Source of the DNA: Podarcis bocagei
Taxonomy: Eukaryota
Length of the DNA: 64,000 nucleotides
Direction: 5' to 3' (one strand)
Assembly (NCBI GenBank): GCA_964188305.1
Contig: OZ076886.1
Both the position numbers and the translations under genes were made by a program. Positions 46,083-59,978 of this stretch are shown here, in pieces (the stretch's first letter is position 1; each line of letters opens with the position of its first letter). The notes beneath the pieces were generated by a model. It searched no databases. It was not told the origin of the DNA and saw only the letters and a list, made by a program, of their open reading frames with translations.

Positions 46083-46324
46083 CAGTGGTACCTTGGTTTT
46101 CAAATGGTTTAGTTGTCGAAAAAATCGGCTCCCGAACACCACAAACTTGGAAGTAAGTGTTCCGGTTTGTGAACACTTTTCAGAAACCGAACATCCATTG
46201 TGGCTTCTAGTTGAGTGCAGAAAGCTCCTGCAGCCAATCAGAAGCCGTGCCTTGGTTTTCAAACAGCTTCAGGAGTCGAACGAACTCCTGGAACGGATTA
46301 AGTTCGAGAACCAAGGTACCACTG
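46083..46324. mobile_element. Tc1/mariner (Tigger/pogo-like) MITE
   Basis: TIR cagtggtaccttggtt / aaccaaggtaccactg; TA TSD. Confidence 0.88.
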
Positions 46325-49300
46325 TAATCACAAAAAATGGTAGTGCACAGGTAATATCAGTGCCAATGCATTCCTACAATTTGGGTCTTTAGCATGGATA
46401 AGACTTGAATTCCCCCTCCAAAGCCATGTTGGCTGTAGGGTGTTGCTGTCTTAGGGATTATTACTTGGTAGACAAGCCAAACTGAAGAGAAATACATTTC
46501 CCCCTCTAATTATACATAGCAGTAGTTTTGTTTATTGAACTGAAATTTCCTGCATGTTTAAAAGAAGTGACATCCTTCCTTCACTTGCCCTTAAGAGGCC
46601 CTACAGAGTCTATTTAATCACTCTGATCACACGGGCACACACACACATGTTTCAGTGCTGACTTGGAACAGACGTACCATCAAATCATGCACTCAATTTC
46701 TACACCACAGGACGATCTCTTTGCACATTTCGCCCATCTCTCTGTTCCTATCTGGAATGGTTCTTTTCATGCCCAGATGCATAAAACATGTACCGTTATT
46801 GCAAAAAGGGAGCCAATTAGTTGCCAGTAGCTGCCTATCTCATCCTCCTGCCTCTTGACTGGGGACAATCTCCTTGTCCCTGATTGGCTATGGCTACCTG
46901 GATGTGGCTGAAATGAGGCAGCACCCTTCCCCAAGGCAATGCAGCTACAGCACTCAAAGTGAATGTTCAATAACGCCATTGGCTAGACTGGGGGCAGGGG
47001 TTGTTGTTTTCTGTCAGGATCCCCGAGGCCCTTTCTTCCGGCTGTATAAAGCAGAGTTTCACATGTGCGTTACTCCAGATCAGAGGAATACTGTATAGGA
47101 AACTGGATTATACCAGGTCAGACTCTTTGTTCATTGACTGGCATCAGCTTTCCAAGGAATGGCTTTCCCCATCACCTGCTACCGGATCTTCACCGCTGGA
47201 CTAAGACTTTAGCTGAAGCAGATGCCAAAGGTTGCCCTAGCCATCACTTTTAAAAAGTCGTGCTACGCAGATATTAAATTCCTGCCGCATTTATTCCTCC
47301 CACTCTCCGCTTGGCATCCAGAATCAGCTTGCTGCAATCTGCTGCATGGCGGATTCTTCCACCTGGATTGAAACTGGGATCTTCTATGTACAAAACATGG
47401 GCTCTGCCACTGAGTCACGGTCCCCAGTGATGGGTGCATGAACACTTCATTCCCAATGTCCTGAACCGATGCCTTCATGGAGAGGCACCAAATGGCGGCA
47501 GCTGCTTTGGTTTCTGCACACTCTGGATGATTGGCCTGCCTATCTGGCGCATCTCAGGAGAAGAGGCATTTGAAACCCCAAGGGAGAGAAGAGTCAAGGC
47601 GCATCATGGAAGGCAAGAGAATGTGGGGAGGGGGAACCCTGAAGCTCCCTTCCCCCAGCCTCAGGGACTGGGCTCTCCTTCCAACAACAGCTAATAAAGC
47701 GGACTCCTAAATAAGCATTTGATTAACAAATGCTAAAGCGGCGATTGTGTCACTGCGCGGAGCTGTAATTGCTGCTGATAATTGGCTGCTTAGAATTTAA
47801 TAAGCAATTAAACAGAATGGAATGCAGGGGAATTAATGCCGAGCCTGCTCCCCGCCTGCTCCCCGCCCACCTGCACACTTTCCACCTGCTCCCCACATAT
47901 ACCCCTTCCCCAACTGGTCCACACCCACCCGTTTGCCTCCCACAAAGCCCCCCACATATCCAGTCCTCATCTGTGGGCTTCCCACATGCAGCCCTCATTC
48001 CAGAATGCCCATTTGGGCCGGAAGGGATTGGAAGCCTGACAGTAGAGTGATTTCCCTCACACCCCTGTCGGGCTTCCAAGATTTTCAATCCACCTACATG
48101 CTTCCTACAGGATCTCCTTACCAGACTTTTCACATGTGCAATGCAAATATCCCTGGACTCGCTTGCCTGTCTCACAACTTCCTGAGCTCCCTTCATGCTC
48201 CACCCCAAGCACCTCTCAGACTCAGCACATGAGGTGAGCACCTTGCTGCAGCTAAGCAGTTCTGGCTTTGATCAGTGCCTGGAAGGGAGACTCCTCTTGG
48301 GAACCCAAGGTATGCCACCTTGGTTTCCATCTTGGAAGGGAAGGAAGGTGGGCCATAAATGAAAAATAAACCAGTGCATCCTTCACAGACACAACTGTTG
48401 TGCTTTCATTTCTTTTATGTCCTGTTCTCACCTGCAAATTTCAGAATGAGCACACATTCACTATATGCCTTCATATGACACCCCCATGCCCCCCAAGACA
48501 CCTCCAGCTCTCGCATACCTTGCAGGCATTGCTTCTGGCATTTGTTGGATCCCCTTAATGATCATGTGGCTATTCCTTGGGGCTGCCACACCAAAATATG
48601 TGCTAGACTAGATTGACTTCTCAGTTCTTCAGAAGTCCGTTTCAAAGTGCCCGTCCCTTCAAAAGCAGCTTCTGGAGACTCAACAATCAGCTGGTTGTCA
48701 GATGTCCTGAAGCTCTTTCAAAGTGCAGCTTGAGAGAGTACTTTGATAGGGACTTCTGAAGACCCCTGTAGGCAAAAAAGGTTACCTGCCATCACTGATA
48801 GGTGATTCTTCCCATCTGTCCAACTTGGCCAGAGAGGGGTTGGGGAGATACCGATATCTCCTCCAGTACCCCTGGGCTACTAGGACTGGGAAGACCCTGG
48901 CTCACATCCTCATTTGCCAGGAAGCTCGCAGGGTAATCTTAGGCCAGACACTCTTGCTCAGCTTAGCCTCAGGGGAAGGCGGTGGAGGGGAAGAGAACCA
49001 AATATGTCACCTGGAGCTCTTTGGAGGAAAGGTAGGATATAAAAAAATTAATAGGCAGCTAAACTGTTGCTAGAAGCTACTAACTAGATGTAAATGGGAA
49101 TCTAACCCAAGCATAATGATGAGACTGAAGAGAGCTATAAACAATCTGAAGACAGCTATAAAGAGGGAAGCCGCCACAAAAATATTTGTACTTGTCCTCA
49201 GGTTCTTAACCAGCCTGCTATATTAGACTGAGGTCTATCTAGTCCAGCATTCTTTGTCTAAAAATGCTCAGGGCAGCTTTTACATAGGCAGCTTCTTTTG

Positions 49301-49860
49301 AAGAAAAGAGCCCTAGAGACTTGTGATGTTGTAATCATTATTTTTTATTTACTAATCCGTAAAGGCTGAATGGGTATTACAGGGCCGCAGAAGCAAGTCC
49401 ATAGTGCAAGTAGTACCAGTCCCCAAGTGAAAGCAAAGTCAGTCTTAAAACACAAGATGACCCCGCCAGATCTTCCTTCACTCACACACTGCCAGGTAAA
49501 AACTAGTTTCTGCTGAAGATCTAACTCCAGGTACATTTCAGGTGCTTGGAACAAAGGGCTTTGAGACAAACTGATGGTTACTTCCCATTTGTCCACCATC
49601 AGTGACCAGGCCACACTAAAGCCCCCCAAAGATGGGCCCCATCTCCATTTTGCATGATAGAACAGCATGGCCCAGATGAACATGATTCATTAGCCCTTGC
49701 CTCTGAAACCATTTTGTCTCCATCACCATGGACTTCCCCCATTCCATTCCATTGCTTTCAAAACCAAACCTCTATGTAGACTTCAAAAATCCATATCTAA
49801 ATGGCAAAATGATGTCAAAATTAGCAGATCCACTGACATATGCTAACAGTTCTTCTGGCT

Positions 49861-49911
49861 GAAGAAGAAGAAGAAGAAGAAGAAGAAGAAGAAGAAGAAG
49901 AAGAAGAAGAA
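49861..49911. repeat. (GAA)17 microsatellite
   Basis: Direct reading. Confidence 0.95.
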
Positions 49912-51596
49912 AGATGGCTTTGTGAGACTGAATCCAGAGGATGGTGATTTTGGAAGTAGCACACAGTTATAACGGTGGCCCCCAGCAAACAGTTATTCCC
50001 TTGGAGGGAAAGAAAGAAGCTCATTGTCTAGAAATAAGCTCCTACCGCACAGCTGAGCCCCATGGATCCTACTGAGCTGTCACCTCAAGCTCACCCTCAC
50101 CTGGGCTCTGCAAAGGTAAGAGATTTTCCAGAATCTTCTGGCAACCCCTAGAATTCCAGCTACAGGGAATGAGAGAAAGTCTTGCAACCCCCTAGCCTAG
50201 CGTGGGCTAGAAAGAAGACAGAGAACCCCGTCCATTGGAGGAAGAGCTAAACGTTAGAGCTTTGGAGGGGGAGGGTCTGACTCACAATGGAAATATAACA
50301 ACAAAACCTTCTGTCAAATGTGCAGATAAGAAGCTCTGGCTTATTTGAGTGATGCATGCCAAGAGGGTAAGAATTGTTTATTAAACCTTTTGACAGCAGG
50401 AAAAAAAAATCATGGCTAAGGCAAGGAAGCCTCTTTCGCTGCCACCGAAAGACTGGCTGACTAAACAGTGAGAAATTGCAGAGATGTAGAAACTGGCATT
50501 TTATGTTCATCCGAGAGAGGAGAGATTAAATATAGAATCATCATCTGTGAGTAAGTGGAAATTATTTCTGAACTGCTGGAATAATATACAAGGGGCAAAT
50601 TCCATCTCTAATCAAGCACTGGCTTTGTTTTCCATGGCAGGGAGCTGCATGCAGCCCCACCACCGCAGCCCCCTGCCGCCACCAGTGCTTCATCAAGCCC
50701 AGAACACAATGGAGGACAAGGCGAGGGGCCGGGCCCAGGCCTTCCCCTTATGACCAGATCCCACAAGAGCAGAGCTGCCTCAGCTTCCACCCCTGTGGTG
50801 CCCTCACACTCTGTTGTAAATAATGCTTTTACGGCAGGAGTAGAGAATCGTTTTCAGTCTGGGAGCCACATTCCCCATTGAGCAACCTTCTGGGGGCCAC
50901 ATGCTGGCAGTGGATGGGGCCTGCCTGTCCTCCATCCAGTCAGACAGGAAGCATTAGCAGAGTGAAAACAGATAGGCAAAAACAGCCCAAGGGGGTGGAA
51001 AGCAGGGCTACTGTACGGGGCATGTCTTGGGGAAAGGCTGTTGGCTTCAGAGAGACCCCAGGGTCAGATAAAGAGGCTTGAGAGCCCCATTTAACCTGAG
51101 ATTTCTCATCTGTGTATCAGAACTGCGACGCCCAAAATGGAGGGCAAGGCAATGAGGAAAACCTCTTGCCCACAGGGAAGGCAGTCAGAGCAGCAGCTCT
51201 GCATTTTCCCCATCAACCTCCCTTGTGTAGTTTGAGGCTAGAGGTGACTTGGCGGTTGGGAATGATCCAGCCTCTGAGATCTGGGGGCAGCAAGCTAGCG
51301 AGTTTCAGTAGCAACAGTTTTCTGTGGCAAAAAAGTGCCCAACATTACTTTCTTCCTCCTACCTGGCAGGGTTGGAGGCTGGTGGACGGGGTGGGGGGGG
51401 GAATGTGTGTGTGCGAGGTGGGGTGGAGAGAGGATGGATGGATGGATGGATGGATGGGTGGATGGATGAGTGAATGAATGGGTGAGAGGCTGGGAGTGAG
51501 TGAAAGCTGAGGGTCCCAGAAGGAGGGAGCCAAGCTTGCAGGGTGAGGGGAACCTGTGTCTATCCATGTAAAAATGGGTGCAAGTTAACAGTGTGA

Positions 51597-51600
<4 letters not shown>

Positions 51601-51638
<38 letters not shown>
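51601..51638. repeat. (GA)19 microsatellite; a (GGAT)n tract lies nearby at about 51432-51470
   Basis: Direct reading. Confidence 0.95.
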
Positions 51639-51641
<3 letters not shown>

Positions 51642-54600
51642 CAAGATACATGAATGGAGGAGACAGATAGATAAGGAAAGACAGAAAAGAGCTGCCCCTG
51701 CTAGTTTTTGGATTTGGCTCTGCCCACTGCTGATATGCAGCCCTAGATTACTCCCCACCCAAGGGAATTAAGCTACCAGCCCTGAAAATGATGGTGTACC
51801 ACAATATTTTTTACCAAGTCCAGTCTTAGGCCAATTGGCAGCCTCATTCATGCCCCCTGGATCTTGGCTCCCTGCCTTTGGGGTCTCTGGCCTCCTGTCC
51901 TGCCTGCAACACTGAGGAGACCTCTTTCCTCCCTTGCCCCTCAGTTGTTACTGAGCAAAGTGTCCCAAGGCCCTTCCCACCTGCTCCTGCACCAAGCCCT
52001 ACAAGCCCCATCCCAGGCATTGCAGCCACTGAACAGGCGCTGTCTAAACAGCATTCCTTTCACCCACTTCTCCCATCGGTCAGTCTGGCACAGAGAGCCT
52101 GAAGGATGCTCTGTGGCCTGCAGCCTCCCAGCAAGCCAGAAGAGGGCAGTATGGACTGGTGCGGAGAGAATGCCTTTGCTGAGTCAAACACTCAGCCCCC
52201 TCCCGCCACAACTGGCCCCATGTCAGCCAGATGTGCGATAGCACAGACCACTTACTGCAGCTGGGAAAGAGGAGCCTGGGGCAGGAGAACTCCCCCTCCC
52301 TGCCCTTGGCAGCTCCCAGAGACTCAACCTGCCAGGCATTGCACCCTGCTCACGTCTGGCTGCCGAGAGTAGTAAGGTGCAGCAGCTAATTTACGTGGGG
52401 AAGATAAACGGCGCCATAACGCTCCGGTTATTACCCCTCAGCACTTTTACAGCGTTGCTGGCAATTAATTTAATTAAAACCCCTGTCCTGGATATAAAGG
52501 CATTTCATAACTCACTGATTTAACAACTCTCAACCCCCCACCCCACTCCCTAGCCTAGCTACCTGCAGCTCAAGCAGGGGAGCATCTGGGTCCAACAAAC
52601 ACTAGCGCAGGTATGTCTGCATGTGCAAGGAACTGTGCACACTTAAGCCTGTCAGGCAGATGTGCCATAAAATGTACACATGCAGCAAGCATGCCGCTGT
52701 ACCTGCAGGCAAATGCACTTGTAGAGGCACAAACTCAGAAAATACATCAAGTACACATTGCATCCTTCCTTCATACCCGTTTAGCTGCAGCAAACTCAAA
52801 AAATGGTACCCAGAATCTATGCACCGACAAACACAGCACTGTGTATACATGCCAGTGAGAGGCTTGTGAAATAAAATGCAATTGCCATGCAACTGCTCTG
52901 CAAGATGCACATGAGATGCTCAAAAATGTGTCTTAAAATATACACATCAGTTTGCCAGACAGCCACTCCACTCACATATCAAATACTCTGGTTGTAATCC
53001 TGGATTATGCAGCCTCCTATGGTCTTACACAAACATATCCTGTGCATCTGCCCAATTCATCTATTGCCAGGCAAGCCACCTACGGCCAGAAACATCATCT
53101 TATTGGAAACCACTTTATTTATTCCATTTACTCCTCATTAAGCCACATTATGGCAATAAAGTGCAATGTGCCCTTTTCTTCTCCTCTCCGTCCCCAGCCA
53201 AAGGCCTCTTGGGCCTGGCACAGGGAAAGAGCACCTGGCAATGCAAGAGGGCTGCTGCTGCTGCTGCAGAGCCCTGCGCTTTTAATCCCACCAGGTGAAG
53301 TGAATTTAGCAGCCTCTAAAATTGGGCATTCAGCTTTGTCACAAAAACTAATGCACACAATCTAGCACAGTAGCGCAGGCAACGGTCCCTGTTGAGAGGG
53401 AGCTCTAAATGGGAGGTTTAGAGGTGTGGAGGTAGAAGATTGAGGGTGCTAGCAGAAGCTGACGGTGGAAGGGGGGAGAGTGCAGAAGGAGGGAAGCAGG
53501 TGAGGCAGAATAAGAGGGAGCCCAGATACAAGCCACCAGTTTGCTGCTGGCTGGTAGTAGGTGCATTGGCAGCACTGAACATTGCCCATATATCTTTATT
53601 TGGAAGGACTGCGAGATGGGGGTAAAGGTGGGGAATATCTGCAGTGCTGTGCATATGGGAACATCGACCTGGGATTAGGAAGAGGTGCAGAAAGATCAGG
53701 AATGGGTCTGGTGTTAGCAGAGGTGAAGGCGGCAGGGAGAGGAAGTTGGGGTAAGAATGCGCCGCAGAAGTTAGGAATGGCGGCGCTCCAGAAAACAGAA
53801 TTGCTCTAGCCAAACTGCGGAGCATGCATTTTGCCTGTAGGAAAACGGCATTTCCCCTTCAACTAACACATCGATACTGAATTGCACTTGTGATGGAGAA
53901 GCACCTGGCGCTCATTGGTTGAGCGGGTGAGATTACTCAGAATGTTTGCTTACCTGCTCAGGGAACTAAACAATTTGCAATCCATTTTCTACGAAGGAAA
54001 GGAAAGCCGTCACTTTGGCTGGGAAGCAAGAGGTACAAGAAAAGATATCGGAAAGCTAAGGTGCAGGGAGCCCCTAAGCAGCAAAAGCAGAACCAAGGGG
54101 CTGACTAGGCCCTTGAAGAGACAAGGAAGGCAAACATAAACGTTGGGCACCACAGGGTGCTGAAGACAAGCAAGTAGAAGAAAGGAGAAAGCAGGACTGG
54201 GACTGAACACTGTGTTAAGGAAGCAGGTGGGAGATTTGGGGACTCTGGACCAAGGAGGCCAAGAGAGGACAACAGATGTGTGGGACTTTTGGCCCTCCAG
54301 ATCAGCCCCATCAGCCTGATGGCTGGTGGCCAAGGATTATGAGAGCTGTAGTTCAGCAGCATCTGGAGTTCCACAGGTTCCTCACACCTGAGCTTCAGGG
54401 TACTAGATGTGGATTCTAAACCCTAACAGGGTGCTCTGACAGTCATGGCTTCAACGGTCTCTGCAGCATTGTGACCTCCCAAGCAATCTTGAGCAGCCAA
54501 TGAGGGACGAATAGGAATAGTCCCCCAATGAGGGATGAACTAGAAAAGAGTAGTTTGCACCCACATGGATTTGTATATTGCATATATTTGATTTGTCTTT

Positions 54601-55732
54601 GCTGTTGATACCAGTAGGCATTCCGTTTTGTGTGTGTCGCTGCCTTCTAATTTCTTGATTCTGTTATGCCAATTAAGTACCAGTAGGGCATGTGTGCAGA
54701 TAGCTACATGCACCCTGCTTTAAAACAACAGCCTCCACCATCAAGAAGTGTGCAAAAACACACAGCCAGGGAATTGTAAAGTTGGTTGTGTATTTTCTAG
54801 GTTTGTGCAAATCTGGAGGCTCGGAATAAAATATGCATTGATAAGGCTAGTACCAATTGTCTATGCCATTTTCTGGTTTTGTGCGAGTATTATGTTCTGT
54901 GTGTAAAATTATTGCCACATCCATTTTGGCCTTCACCACAGGCAACCAGGTGAGTGGCTACTTACAAACCTGCCTTCTGTCATCCTGTCTCTGCCAGTAC
55001 CAGTGCTGAACAATAAATGCCCTACTCCTCTGCCTCGTGATTGGATCCTTCTGCCAACTTCTATTTTAGGCACTTCTTATTTTAAAAGATAATAATTTAT
55101 CTTGCTGATGGCTACGTGTTTCCCCAATGCACAAAGTAAGCCCTGATGTAACAGCTCATCCAGCACTCGCTTGGTTGTTTTTAACATCCCAAAAGCTGAC
55201 ATCTGCCCCTACGGCCCCCTCCTTTCACTGCCATTTCAGGAACCTTTGCGTGGAAGCTATTTTTCCCCGTTTTTCTTGCTGCCTGTGTGCTCCCCTGCTG
55301 TGCAAAGCCAGCCCTGGAGTGATCGCCCAGCCTTCTACTTAGCAAAAACAAATGGCAAACAGCCGCAAAACGACTGCCCTCCTCTATTATGTGGGGGTGA
55401 ATGATTGTGCAACTGGCACCGGATCAGGACTATTGCAAAGAGAGCGCTACAGGTAAACCTCCATATTTTTATGATCTGAAAAGGCTCTGAGATTCTTAAG
55501 CATAATAGAAGTGTTCCCACCCCATTCCTTTTCATTAACAAGATGATAATATCCTAGATCCAACCTCCTGAGCTGTTACAGAAACAGAGTATCAAATGTT
55601 TTCAAACATATTAGTCAATTTCTAGGATGAGTACTTCAGTGACTAATTCGCTAACCATTCCCACATACGACGGGCTACGTCAGGTGTGGCAAACCTTTTC
55701 CCAAGCCTCTTGTGGTGGACTTCCCAGGCACC

Positions 55733-55923
55733 CATAGGAGCCAACTCCTAGGGGCCAAGGTCCCTTCGGTCCCCCCAATAAAATATTTGAGGGAGCCGGG
55801 GCCCCAAAAGTTAATGGGCGTTGCCATTCAAATGGGGTTTGTGTGTGCTGCATCTTGTGATTAATTATGTGGGGTCAGGATTACCTGCCCCCTCGAAATA
55901 TTTTATTCAAGTTGGCACCCCTG
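55733..55923. mobile_element. hAT-like MITE
   Basis: cataggagccaac / gttggcacccctg termini; 6/8 TSD caggcacc / caggtgcc. Confidence 0.55.
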
Positions 55924-56198
55924 CAGGTGCCACATGCCAATGACGAGCAGGGCCAGAGGCCAAAGAGGGCATAGCAAGGGAACTGATTCTTACAATTATA
56001 TAGTCTGCACTTCAGTCACACAGTCAACGGTTTGTACACCCACCCACCCACCCACCCCCCGCCCCTCTGCACATCCCCTGTAAGAGTCAGGGGAAAATTC
56101 TTAAGGAGAGTGGGGGGCATGGCCTGGAGAGGGACTTGCCGCCCCCCAAGACAGATGTTTCATTGCAGGTGTCCTCTGCAACATGTTATAGACACAAT

Positions 56199-56441
56199 CA
56201 GTGCTTTTTTTCTTAAAAATGTTTAGGGGTACTCTCATTTTGACTCAAGAAAATCACTGGGAAATGAAGGAAATGATGCCGCCATCGGAGGTGGTAACAA
56301 CGAAATTGACGACTCACAGTGCTATTCAACAGAACTGAAGATTCAGCGTGCTAGAGAAGAAACTTAGTTTCTTCTCCCGTTAGATTCACAAAGTGTTTAG
56401 GGGCATGCGCACCCCTGGGTACCCCCAGGAAAAAAGGACTG
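56199..56441. mobile_element. hAT-like non-autonomous DNA transposon
   Basis: TIR cagtgcttttttt / aaaaaaggactg; perfect 8-bp TSD gacacaat. Confidence 0.82.
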
Positions 56442-56934
56442 GACACAATAATAATGCATAGTAGTGGATTTATCCCACTTGGGTTGGTTCTGCAGTGCTT
56501 CCCCAACACAACCATGTTATTGCTGTCCAGAGGGGCTATAGCGCACCAAAAGCTGGACGAAAATAAACCAGAACATTTGTGGTATAAAAAGTTATGGGAT
56601 TTCTGCAAGAAGCTACAGGAAATGCACTGACTGGAAATGAAGCAATGTGGTCACTCCCAAAACTTTGCAGGTGCAAATAGTATTGAAAGGGAGACTGTGT
56701 GTGACTACCCTGAGTGAGCCAGAGTGCTCGACTGGGAGATGGGGTGACCTTGGGCCAGAGATGGAGCTCTCTGGGTGACCTTGGGCCAGACACTGTTTCT
56801 CTGCCTAACCTACCTCACAGGGTCGTTGTAAAGATAAAATGGGGAAAGGCAGAACCATATAGCTCCTTGGGGAAAGGTGGGGTATACATGTAACAAGACA
56901 GCAGCAACAGTAATGTTTTAATGTAGGAGGTATG

Positions 56935-57307
56935 TAAAGGTAAAGGTACCCCTGCCCGTACGGGCCAGTCGTGTCCGACTCTGGGGTTGTGCGCCCATCT
57001 CACTTAAGAGGCCGGGGGCCAGCGCTGTCCGAAGACACTTCTGGGAGGCGCTGTGGGTAAAACCTCAGCGCCTAGGACTTGCCGATTGTCAGGTCGGCGG
57101 TTCGAATCCCCGCGGCGGGGTGCGCTCCCGTTGCTCAGTCCCAGCGCCTGACAACCTAGCAGTTCGAAAGCACCCCCGGGTGCAAGTAGATAAATAGGGA
57201 CCGCTTACTAGCGGGAAGGTAAATGGTGTTTCCGTGTGCTGCGCTGGCTCGCCAGATGCAGCTTGTCACGCTGGCCACGTGACCCGGAAGTGTCTTCGGA
57301 CAGCGCT
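56935..57307 (-). mobile_element. Sauria SINE with inverted 5' portion
   Basis: Tail and 3' third on - (56935..57041); 5' two-thirds on + (about 57043..57307). Confidence 0.9.
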
Positions 57308-58390
57308 ACGGAGCAGCAAAACAGGACAGATGGACTTTGAGACCGGGAAATCTTTTCACAGAAACCCTTGGCCAGCTAAACAGTTTATTTGTTTTTAGAG
57401 TAGCTCAATGACTAACAGCACAATACTATGCCTGCTCAAAAGCAAGTCCTATTGAATTCAATAGGGCTTACTCCCAGGTAAGTGGGATTAGGACAGCAGC
57501 CTAAGATCAGATATGCACATGCATATGCATAATCGGATCTGGATGGACAGATTTCATTTCAATTATAGAATTCAGGATTTCAGTACAGAAATTAGGGACA
57601 GCCTCCTACAAGTGACAATGCTACCGTACATTGGTTGTTCATAACCCTTCGTTTTAGCAGAGTTGGACCTTAACCACCAGAACCTTTGCACCTGATACTG
57701 CAGTATAAACACCTGTCAGATTCCCGATTTCAGTGACAAGCCCCCAAACTGTTAATGAACAGAATGACAGGTTTCCACAAGCACCCTTCACACCTCCTCA
57801 TGTTAACTGTGAGGATCTTCTTTTGCTCCTCAATCATACCCTGGTAGGAACCCATGCCAAACTCACAATTCCAATATAGATGTAAGACTGGGAGGTTGGC
57901 TTGGAACAAGTTGTGTCCTTCTGGGCCCATTCCCAATGCTCTTTAGGCAGGAATCAGGACAATGCTAGGCTACCTGCAGTGTACTAGTTTGAGAATGGGG
58001 AGGTCTGGGTTCAGATCATTGATAGTCAATGCAGCAGAGTGTGAGAGCCAGACGAGGACCAGGGAGACCCAGGTTTAAATCTCCACTGAGCCACAAAGCT
58101 TACTGGATGGATTTGGGCAGGTCACAGCATTCAACCTGATCTAGCCTGCATGGTTGTTGTGAGGATAAAATGGGGAGGGGCGTTGTTGCTGCTGCACTGA
58201 AGTCTTTAGGGAAAGGAGGCAGAATTCATATGTAGTAACTTTACATTCATTTTAAAGGTTTGAATTCATAAAGGTTGTGCCTCAAATGTCAATGAATAGC
58301 TTGTCCCCAGCATGGAAACAGAATCCTCATTGACAACAAATGTGGATCTAGTGCACACACACAGAGAGAGACCTAGGGTACACCTGCATA

Positions 58391-58740
58391 AAGGTAAAGG
58401 GACCCCTGACCATTAGGTCCAGTTGTGACCAACTCTGGGGTTGCGGCACTCATCTCGCTTTATTGGCCGAGGGAGCCGGCGTACAGCTTCCAGGTCATGT
58501 GGCCAGCATGACTAAGCTGCTTCTGGCGAACCAGAGCAGCGCATGGAAACGCCATTTACCTTCCCGCTGGAGTGGTACCTATTTATCTACTTGCACTTTG
58601 ATGTGCTTTCGAACTGCTAAGTTGGCAGAAGCAGGGACCGAGCAACGGGAGCTCACCCCATCATGGGGATTCGAACCACCAACCTTCTGATCAGCAAGTC
58701 CTAGGCTCTGTGGTTTAACCCACAGCACCACCCGCGTCCC
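58391..58740 (-). mobile_element. Full-length Sauria SINE (second subfamily)
   Basis: 17-bp TSD tagggtacacctgcata at 58374-58390 and 58751-58767. Confidence 0.92.
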
Positions 58741-59978
58741 GCCACCTGCGTAGGGTACACCTGCATATAGGAGCTCTAACGACTGGGTCCATACCTACAC
58801 TCTGATATTAACTTGGCAAAAGATTTGCATGACTCAGGAGAGCATGAGACTCTTAATCCCCGGGGTCATGGGTTCAAGCCCCATGTAGGGCAAAATATTC
58901 CTGCCATGCAAAGGGTTGGACTACATGACCCTTGTGGCCCTATCCAACTCTACAAATTCAAAGATTCTATGACCTTGGCTTATTCTTGCAGCAATAGGGC
59001 TGGGATAGGGACCTCTCTGGGGCTGGCTCTTGAGCGCAAGCCGGAGTGCAGCCCCCTGCCTCCCCTCCTGCCCCTAGTAAACTGCCCCGATCACTGCTAT
59101 CCCTGCAGAGCTGGTGGGGAAAGTCTCTTGTGGCAGGCCTCCACCTGATGGTACTAATTAGCCCTCAACCCACTTAATTGCCCGCTGTCCCTGTAATTAC
59201 AATCTTGTTTCTTTCTATGAGCACAACGGGAGCTTGGGGGCTGCCTTGATTTTGTGTTTCCCTGTCAGCTCATTATCTTCCCGGCCCCTTTAATAGCTGG
59301 GGATGTGGCCGTGTGGCTGTGTGTATGTGTGTGTGTTGTTGGGGGCACAGATTGTGGAGGCAGAGAGTGGGAGCTCAGCGAATCCCTTCCTTATGCCAGG
59401 CTGCTGCAACATCAAGGGGCTGCCACCTTTCATTACACTAATGGTTGTAATAGTGAACTCCTCCTTTTGTACCACTTGACACAGCGACGAACACATGGCA
59501 GGGAAACATGCAAAATCCAAGCCCTTCTGCTGCAGAGGAGCCTGCCATTTTGGGTGAGCTGGCATTTGCTGGGGCAGCAGGAAAGACTCGTTGCCATGAG
59601 GGGAAAGGGCCCCTGAATTAGCCCCGTGGGACAACATGCTGCAAGGACCTGGGTAGCAGGTATACAGTAGCTGTCGTTGCGGGGTAGCATCCAGCCAAGT
59701 TCTCCTAAAAACTGACCAGTTGAAATGAATAGGCCCAAGCTAGTCATGCCCATTCATTTCAATGGGTCTATTCTGAGTAGGACTGGCATTGGATATAACC
59801 CACTATCCTTAGCACTGCGATCCCCAAACAATGTACCATGAGAAATACAGTCACTTATGAGCCCAAAGCCTTCATTCATTCGTTACCTGCCGCATCTTGC
59901 AACAATTTACTGCTCCAGTCATACCTCCTTTCGATCATTCTCCACTGGCAGGGCAGGGGTATAGTTTGGCATCGCATG

